Below, piece after piece: positions 14,675 to 20,000 of a stretch of 20,000 nucleotides of DNA (position 1 is its first letter; each line of letters opens with the position of its first letter). The position numbers and the translations under genes are program-made. Source of the stretch: an uncultured virus (IMG/VR IMGVR_UViG_3300032069_000750) (lineage: Duplodnaviria; Heunggongvirae; Uroviricota; Caudoviricetes); IMG/VR virus record IMGVR_UViG_3300032069_000750. One strand, 5' to 3'. The notes below the pieces were generated by a model, which saw nothing but the letters and a program-made list of their open reading frames with translations, did not search any database and was not told where the DNA came from.

Positions 14675-15754
14675 TTAATCTTTTTTGTAGACCTCCACGA
14701 GGTCCCGGTCGATCTCGACCGGTTTCTTGAGCGTTTTAGATGTCATTCCATGGAACAGGACCATGTACCCGGTCTCCGTGACCTCCGTGATCTCACCGAT
14801 AAGACGCGCCTTTGTTCTCAGGATCACGAAACAACCGATCTCACTATTTTCCCTTACTCTTGTTTTCTCTGTCGTTTCTAAAACTGGTTCTGTTTTGAAT
14901 TCTGGCTCTTGTGTGGTTGGCTCTGAGACCTGTTTCTCAGATACCTCTTCCAGGGGTACCGCTCTTGTTGTTTCATCTTCTTGTATTATCCTGGGTGCCA
15001 GTAAGTACTGTACCCTCAGGTACTCGGTCTCACCGGTTATACGAGTCGGATGGTTATAGTCAAACTCCATAGTGATAGTAGGAAAATACTTCTTGACCGC
15101 TTTAACGACCGGATGTAAAAATTCATAGCCGTAGACGGACCGTTTGTCGTTATCCGAAGTGACCGCTACAATAAGCGCCTTAGGGATTGTCGCCTCGGAG
15201 TTCTCGGTCCCTTCGTTTTCATCATATCTTTTGACAATCAATCCCTGGGACGTAATCGAAAAGCTTATGTCCCTCATAAAACTCTTCTTTTCCCCTTTGG
15301 GCATCACCCGCTCCATTGTCGAAAGGTACTGATCCGTTCCGAGTTGCACTATTTTTTTGAGGGTAAGCGCGGGTAGCTTAAACTCAGGGTACCCCTCGGG
15401 GTCGATAAGACCGAATGTCCGCATAAGGTTATCATTATAGGCCACGAGCCTGTTTTTTTCAGGGTCGTACGTGAAAAGGAGCATGTCCTTATTTTTGTAC
15501 AACTTCAGGTGGTCTCTGAGCTTGTCAAGGTCTACAACGATCTCGAGCTCTCCCGAGTCATTCTCGCTAAACGACGGGTCGTACTCCTCGCAGGCCTCCT
15601 TTTTCAGGATAACGAAGAGCATCGACACATGACCGGGGTCTAAGGCCCACATGTGGATGCCGTCCTTCTGAAACACCAGCTTTAACTCGTTGGTCATGGG
15701 CTTGAAAAGGTCCACGACCGCTTGTATTTTCTCTTTTTTTATGCTCATACGCAT
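14675..15754 (-). CDS. pcn: Divergent PCNA (DNA sliding clamp) with C-terminal extension
   Basis: ALDPGHVSM, VDLDKL, NRLV..N..R.F.LID..G..P.L, YLLAPRI; about 100 extra residues follow. Confidence 0.85.
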   Translation of the reverse strand: MRMSIKKEKIQAVVDLFKPMTNELKLVFQKDGIHMWALDPGHVSMLFVILKKEACEEYDPSFSENDSGELEIVVDLDKLRDHLKLYKNKDMLLFTYDPEKNRLVAYNDNLMRTFGLIDPEGYPEFKLPALTLKKIVQLGTDQYLSTMERVMPKGEKKSFMRDISFSITSQGLIVKRYDENEGTENSEATIPKALIVAVTSDNDKRSVYGYEFLHPVVKAVKKYFPTITMEFDYNHPTRITGETEYLRVQYLLAPRIIQEDETTRAVPLEEVSEKQVSEPTTQEPEFKTEPVLETTEKTRVRENSEIGCFVILRTKARLIGEITEVTETGYMVLFHGMTSKTLKKPVEIDRDLVEVYKKD

Positions 15755-15804
15755 TTTCTCACGACTCCTATTATATTTGTACTTAGATATATTTAATACT
15801 TCTG

Positions 15805-15960
15805 TTACTCTCCCGACCCGGACCCCGGGCCGGTTTTCGCTGTTGGTGTGACCGCTCCGCAGCGCCTACACACGATCCCCTTTTTCGTGACGTAGACATA
15901 CCCGCTGTTGCACTTCCCGCACACGGGCCTCTGCGTGCCTTTAACGTTACTCCCGCTCAC
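15805..15960 (-). CDS. Small zinc-ribbon protein
   Basis: GTG start overlapping the upstream stop; CGKC..VY....CRRCG. Confidence 0.7.
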   Translation of the reverse strand: MSGSNVKGTQRPVCGKCNSGYVYVTKKGIVCRRCGAVTPTAKTGPGSGSGE

Positions 15961-16217
15961 GAGACCACCCGGGGGATTTTCCCATTTTCTTTTATGATAT
16001 CTTCCTCGAGTACGGTCTTCTGGTTTCCCTCGGTGTATAACCGTTTGCATATCCCGCTCATGTGTGTTTCTATCAGCGCGTTAAGATACCCGATCTCTTC
16101 CTGGATCGCTCGGTCGCTTACCTTAAAGCGGACCCTGCAGCCTCGGGGGACCTTGTAGTAGGCCTCCTCCCGCATGCGGGCTTTTACGTTTATCACGTTT
16201 GATTTTTTCCCGCTCAT
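15957..16217 (-). CDS. Divergent histone-fold protein
   Basis: KVSDRAIQE..long helix..EGNQKTVLEEDI parallels HMf RVSDDA..AGRKTIKAEDI. Confidence 0.65.
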   Translation of the reverse strand: MSGKKSNVINVKARMREEAYYKVPRGCRVRFKVSDRAIQEEIGYLNALIETHMSGICKRLYTEGNQKTVLEEDIIKENGKIPRVVS

Positions 16218-16225
16218 GCGACCTC

Positions 16226-16675
16226 CTAGTATTCTCCCTTAAGGCATTGCTCCTTAGTGGCCCTGAGTAACCGCTCGATGAACCGCTCGAAGCAATTCTC
16301 CCTAGGCTCGTTTTTGTCCTTCGAGTAGCATTCGTACTCTTCCCCTTTGTAGTCGTGGATCATGGGCCTGAAAGTGATACTCTCGAAGCTCACGATCTCA
16401 GTACTGAAGAACTTTAGGGTTAGCCATTCGTCCCCTCCGTTTACCTGGTTGATAAAAACGAGGTCCTCGTACGTAAAGCATTGACCGATGGCCCAGTTAC
16501 CCTGTCCGAGCTTTTTCTTGAGCTCCTGTAATGTTTTGCACTCGTGGATAGAAGATTTTTTGAATTCGTACTCCAGAGCTGCGAAAGGGTCCCCATCGTC
16601 AATAGAGGCCTTCCCGCTTATCCAGTAGTTCTTTTTCGCAGCTGCGATGATCAATTTAACCCGATCGCTGTTCAT
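16226..16675 (-). CDS. Conserved mobile-element hypothetical protein
   Basis: GNWAIGQCF.Y.DL.FINQVNGGDEWLTLK..FESITF motif, recalled from phage/conjugative-element proteins; function unknown. Confidence 0.75.
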   Translation of the reverse strand: MNSDRVKLIIAAAKKNYWISGKASIDDGDPFAALEYEFKKSSIHECKTLQELKKKLGQGNWAIGQCFTYEDLVFINQVNGGDEWLTLKFFSTEIVSFESITFRPMIHDYKGEEYECYSKDKNEPRENCFERFIERLLRATKEQCLKGEY

Positions 16676-17091
16676 GGTCTCACCGTGATCCCGAGCTCCC
16701 GCATCTTCTCCTGCTCGAAGGCATAGTCGTACGTCACGCTAGAGTAAAATCGCACGTCGAAGTAGTCTATGGAGCTGTCCGAGTTGTCGCGGTTATACCG
16801 GTTCACTATCCGCTCGAGGTCCCTCAGGAGCGTTTTTCCCCGCTCGGTGTACCTCGGGTTGTTGTCCATGGATGTCATGTAGTCGTTTGGGTCCCAGGCC
16901 GGGTTTATCGGGTTGAAATCGCACGACTTTACCCGTATGTCTATGCTTGATCCCCCGCTGTAGTACTCAGATCGGACGAAAATTTTGAGATTGGGGAACT
17001 GCTTTTTTATGTCCTGTCGTATCAGTGCCGCGACCTGGACCGTCGTAAGGTCCCGGGTCTCGGTGTACCGCTCCCCTATGAATTTGGTCAT
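16672..17091 (-). CDS. LPD29-like (large polyvalent protein-associated) domain protein
   Basis: AALIRQDIKKQFP..VRSEYYSGGSSIDI..YN.DNSD...DYFDV.FY. Confidence 0.8.
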   Translation of the reverse strand: MTKFIGERYTETRDLTTVQVAALIRQDIKKQFPNLKIFVRSEYYSGGSSIDIRVKSCDFNPINPAWDPNDYMTSMDNNPRYTERGKTLLRDLERIVNRYNRDNSDSSIDYFDVRFYSSVTYDYAFEQEKMRELGITVRP

Positions 17092-17192
17092 TCTCCCGAG
17101 CCTCCGGTCCTCTGATACTTCATGTAAGTAAGATCGAGCTCCCCGAACATGTCCTCATATTGCTCGACCCACGCGATCTCATTTACTCTCAT
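17088..17192 (-). CDS. 34-aa hypothetical protein (not in ORF track)
   Basis: MRVNEIAWVEQYEDMFGELDLTYMKYQRTGGSGE; ATGA-coupled to the LPD29 gene. Confidence 0.55.
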   Translation of the reverse strand: MRVNEIAWVEQYEDMFGELDLTYMKYQRTGGSGE

Positions 17193-17201
17193 GGTCCCGC
17201 C

Positions 17202-17543
17202 TTACTCCAGTTTCGTTATCATGTGGTGTACTTCGTTTTCTCCGTTACTATCGTAGTACTCCTCTCTCTCTGCCGCGTCATAGGGTACTTCTAGCTCCTT
17301 GCATAGGGTCTTCTCGTACTCTGTCGCCTTCTCTGGATCGGTAAATACCTTTACATCCTCAAGGCATCCCTGGTATATCCCTATAATGACGTACACCTCG
17401 TTATTGGGGACCTCTATGAGCTCCATAGACCCACAAGGGCACACTTTAGGCTGCTCCGGGTATAGCATCATGTTCGTATCGCATTTGATGCAATGGTACG
17501 CGATCTTACCAGCCTCAAACAGATTTTCCTTTTTCGTTTCCAT
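17202..17543 (-). CDS. Hypothetical protein with N-terminal zinc ribbon
   Basis: CIKC..CPCGS then an acidic domain; start inferred at METKK. Confidence 0.7.
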   Translation of the reverse strand: METKKENLFEAGKIAYHCIKCDTNMMLYPEQPKVCPCGSMELIEVPNNEVYVIIGIYQGCLEDVKVFTDPEKATEYEKTLCKELEVPYDAAEREEYYDSNGENEVHHMITKLE

Positions 17544-17759
17544 TTTCTCATGACTCCCATATACATGTTTTATAGATATATGCGAAAGCCCCGCAATCGC
17601 ACACACACAATTAATAAGATATTTGGCGGCCCAAATATAAAAATGTTTGCTGGAAAAAAGTCAAAATGGAAAAATGCCAGCAACGGGAGAAAAAGTCATA
17701 AAATCGCTCCATATAGTCATAATTGCGGTTATTGTGATTAACCGAAATCTGGTATTGAA

Positions 17760-17777
17760 ATAGTGTAATTACACTAT
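17760..17777. promoter_or_regulatory. Perfect 18-bp palindrome
   Basis: atagtgtaattacactat in the AT-rich intergenic region upstream of the leftward operon. Confidence 0.5.
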
Positions 17778-17867
17778 ATTTTTTTTATTGATTTTTTTTT
17801 AAGATATGGCCTAAAATTAATAATTTATTCAGAAATAAGAATTTTAAAAATTTTCTCCTTATTTTTT

Positions 17868-18212
17868 TTATTTAAATATTTTATTTAATTCTTTTATTGA
17901 TTTTTTTATGTTATCATAGAGCTCGGGATACTTTTTTTTTACTTCCTCTATTTTCATACTCTCTTTAGAGTTAAGGAAAAATCCGGACCCGCGGCCTCTG
18001 CTAGATCGGGCCTGGATCAGGAAATAGTCGGGTTTTACCTGGAATGTTATTTGTTTTCCCCAGCGTTCGAGAGGCCGGTTGAGGCCGCAGAGCGGACATG
18101 TCAAAAATAGGGTAATCTGGCCCTCAGCTAGAGCTTTTTTTTTACGATTTTCATAGGTTTTATCTCGTTCCGATCTGCTCTCTTTTTTCCTCTCTCGGTA
18201 CATGTTCTCCAT
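17868..18212 (-). CDS. Basic hypothetical protein with a single CxxC
   Basis: AAAGGA RBS; TCPLCG..RGRGSGFF. Confidence 0.7.
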   Translation of the reverse strand: MENMYRERKKESRSERDKTYENRKKKALAEGQITLFLTCPLCGLNRPLERWGKQITFQVKPDYFLIQARSSRGRGSGFFLNSKESMKIEEVKKKYPELYDNIKKSIKELNKIFK

Positions 18213-18619
18213 GATCCTTTAAAAGGAAAAGTGCCTTAAAACAGTTTCTATGCACGTAAAGCCCAGCTTTTCAGGAGAACATAAGATGGGCGGGTCAATG
18301 ACCTGCATATGGGGGGGAACGGAGGGTAGCTGCGATGTGCCCGGCCCCACACCTATTTTTACATCGCTTATGAAAGAGCGGCGATCTTGGACGTACCAAG
18401 GGAAATCGTCGACCTTAGCACATATTTACGATGTGGGTAAGCTCATTATCCATGGAAGAGCTCGGTACCCAGACCCCAAAATTGTGTCAAGGGGGGAGGT
18501 TATAGGGGGCGCCTCTGGGCCCGCAACCACCCATGTATTAGTGGTTTTGTGGGTATTTAAATTTATTGTGCGCCAGGTGCACAAAAAATTTATATATCAA
18601 ACAATATAATATTATACAT

Positions 18620-18976
18620 ATGATAAAGATGAGACGGAACGTCAGGATGGGGAGGGACTTCATGAAAAAGCTCGAGGAGTTCACCGACGACCGGTTCAGC
18701 TACACGGGAGCGCACGGATTCGAGTACGCGGTCACCTGGAAGTCGTCCGCTGGAGCCGTGCTCAAGGGCATCTACTCCCCCGAGCTGGAGTCCGCGATCA
18801 GGCTCGAGCCTTACGAGGTCTACAAGCACTTCCTAAAATTCCCCCGGGAGAAGGTAAAATTCCATATCGTCAACAGGTCGCCGGGGCCGTCGTCGAAGAG
18901 GATCTCCGTGGGCTACTTGATAAATATCTACATCACCATCGAGAGGCACAAGACCGGCGGCCGACAAAACAGCTAG
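18620..18976 (+). CDS. Hypothetical protein (start uncertain)
   Basis: GC3-rich ORF downstream of TATA-like tttatatat. Confidence 0.65.
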   Translation: MIKMRRNVRMGRDFMKKLEEFTDDRFSYTGAHGFEYAVTWKSSAGAVLKGIYSPELESAIRLEPYEVYKHFLKFPREKVKFHIVNRSPGPSSKRISVGYLINIYITIERHKTGGRQNS

Positions 18977-18993
18977 GCGATCTTAAATTTTTT

Positions 18994-19060
18994 AGCAGTG
19001 CACCGACAAAAAAAATAGGGGATAATATGAAAAGCATACCGTCAGTGCACTGCTTTTTTT
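18994..19060. repeat. 14-bp inverted repeat (one mismatch) with 33-bp spacer, followed by a T-tract
   Basis: agcagtgcaccgac (18994-19007) / gtcagtgcactgct (19041-19054). Confidence 0.7.
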
Positions 19061-19170
19061 GTAGAGGAGCAATCTTGCTCTACGACGGTATAATTGTTCT
19101 GGCTGGTATATTATTGTTCTGAACAACATTTATATAGTTAGAGGAATATAATATACTGTCACGTCGTGTC

Positions 19171-20000
19171 ATGACGAAAAAGGAGCAAGAAAAGATGAAA
19201 CGAAAAGAGAGAACGAAAAATAGGCTACTGGTCTACATCTTGGTGCTCGCGACCGCGCTTCTGGTGGTCTCGTCCGTGAGCGCGATCCCGTACACCCAAG
19301 GGAGCGAAATAAGAAAGATGAATATCTACCAGGAGAAAATCGACAGGATACTGGACAGCCGGGTCTACAAGCGGCTGAAGAGCCTGGTCGACCCCATGTA
19401 CAACAACACCTATAACGCGACACAGAGGGCGCACATCAGATCCGCGATAGAGGCGAACATCACGGCGGCGTTGCCGAAGCTGGACGGCCCCATGTACCCG
19501 GGTCTCGTGGAGTTCCTGAACACGATGGCGGAAGTGTTGCTGTTATTCCTCGGGCACAACATGGTGGGGGGGATCATAACATGCTCCATCATATACGTAC
19601 TCGCATTTCTTCTGAGCATCGTCATCGGGATAGGGAACGCCCCCCGGGAGATACTCGGGGGGCTCGCTATGCTGGGCGGTGCATTGTCCCAGCTGATAAC
19701 CGATGAACTCATATATGAAATCGGTTACCTCGGGGTGATCGTTTTAGGGCTGCTGCTACTGCCCGTGGTCCTGGTCCTGATCGTCATAGCGATACCCGCC
19801 AGCGTCATAGGGAGTACGATCATCGTCTTCTTCGACACGCTAAGCTACATTGTTCTCCCCGGGGGCGACCCGCCGCAGAATCACCCGCCGAATGCGCCCT
19901 TCGATCCCCGCCCTCTCGTCGGCGAGGCGATCTACCAAGAGGGGTACTGTCTGGAATGGCGCTATAGCGACCCGGACCCCAAAGACTCGGTGACCTGTGA
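19171..20000 (+). CDS. Secreted/membrane protein with multi-TM region and start of an Ig/FN3-like domain (3' truncated; not in ORF track)
   Basis: Open frame to the window end; signal ..SSVSA|IP; several hydrophobic helices; NHPPNAPFDPRP..LEW..SDPD. Confidence 0.85.
   Translation, partial: MTKKEQEKMKRKERTKNRLLVYILVLATALLVVSSVSAIPYTQGSEIRKMNIYQEKIDRILDSRVYKRLKSLVDPMYNNTYNATQRAHIRSAIEANITAALPKLDGPMYPGLVEFLNTMAEVLLLFLGHNMVGGIITCSIIYVLAFLLSIVIGIGNAPREILGGLAMLGGALSQLITDELIYEIGYLGVIVLGLLLLPVVLVLIVIAIPASVIGSTIIVFFDTLSYIVLPGGDPPQNHPPNAPFDPRPLVGEAIYQEGYCLEWRYSDPDPKDSVTC

Larger units (their letters stand above)
1..20000. mobile_element. Archaeal virus/plasmid-like (possibly integrative) element, window-spanning
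   Basis: Integrase, HNH, ParB, RadC, LPD29, phage-type radical SAM, divergent PCNA and many small orphan ORFs; no housekeeping operons. No capsid, terminase or att site seen in the window. Confidence 0.7.

Noticed and set aside
18250..18609. 119-aa ORF
   Set aside because: No clear RBS, atypical composition, and it overlaps the promoter region of 18620; cannot be supported.

Overview
This window looks like accessory DNA of an archaeal virus or plasmid-like element rather than core chromosome. It has dense small ORFs, archaeal BRE/TATA promoters, leaderless starts and GGAGGTGA ribosome sites. The PCNA and secreted-protein styles suggest a Thermoplasmatota-like host (inference). Recognisable genes: Zn-finger HNH nuclease, ASCH-like protein, papain (C1A) protease, radical SAM protein, tyrosine recombinase, ParB-domain protein, RadC/JAB protein, ferredoxin-thioredoxin reductase catalytic-subunit (FTRc) homologue, type IV pilin-like protein with a B-repeat, divergent PCNA, histone-fold protein and LPD29 protein. 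Three patterns stand out. (1) A two-gene secreted module (2689-3845): one protein is an Ig-like domain missing its first strand but carrying that strand at its C-terminus, and its partner ends in the same strand. This suggests a donor-strand-complemented filament with a tip protein. (2) A module of small basic Cys-paired helical proteins (three paralogous sets, including HMG/YABBY-like ones) around an FTRc gene, suggesting element-encoded disulfide control. It is split by an AT-rich ParB/zinc-hook island. (3) Several intergenic arrays of degenerate 12-13 bp units, each with a different motif, plus several long imperfect hairpins. All family calls come from motif recognition by eye; no database searches were run.
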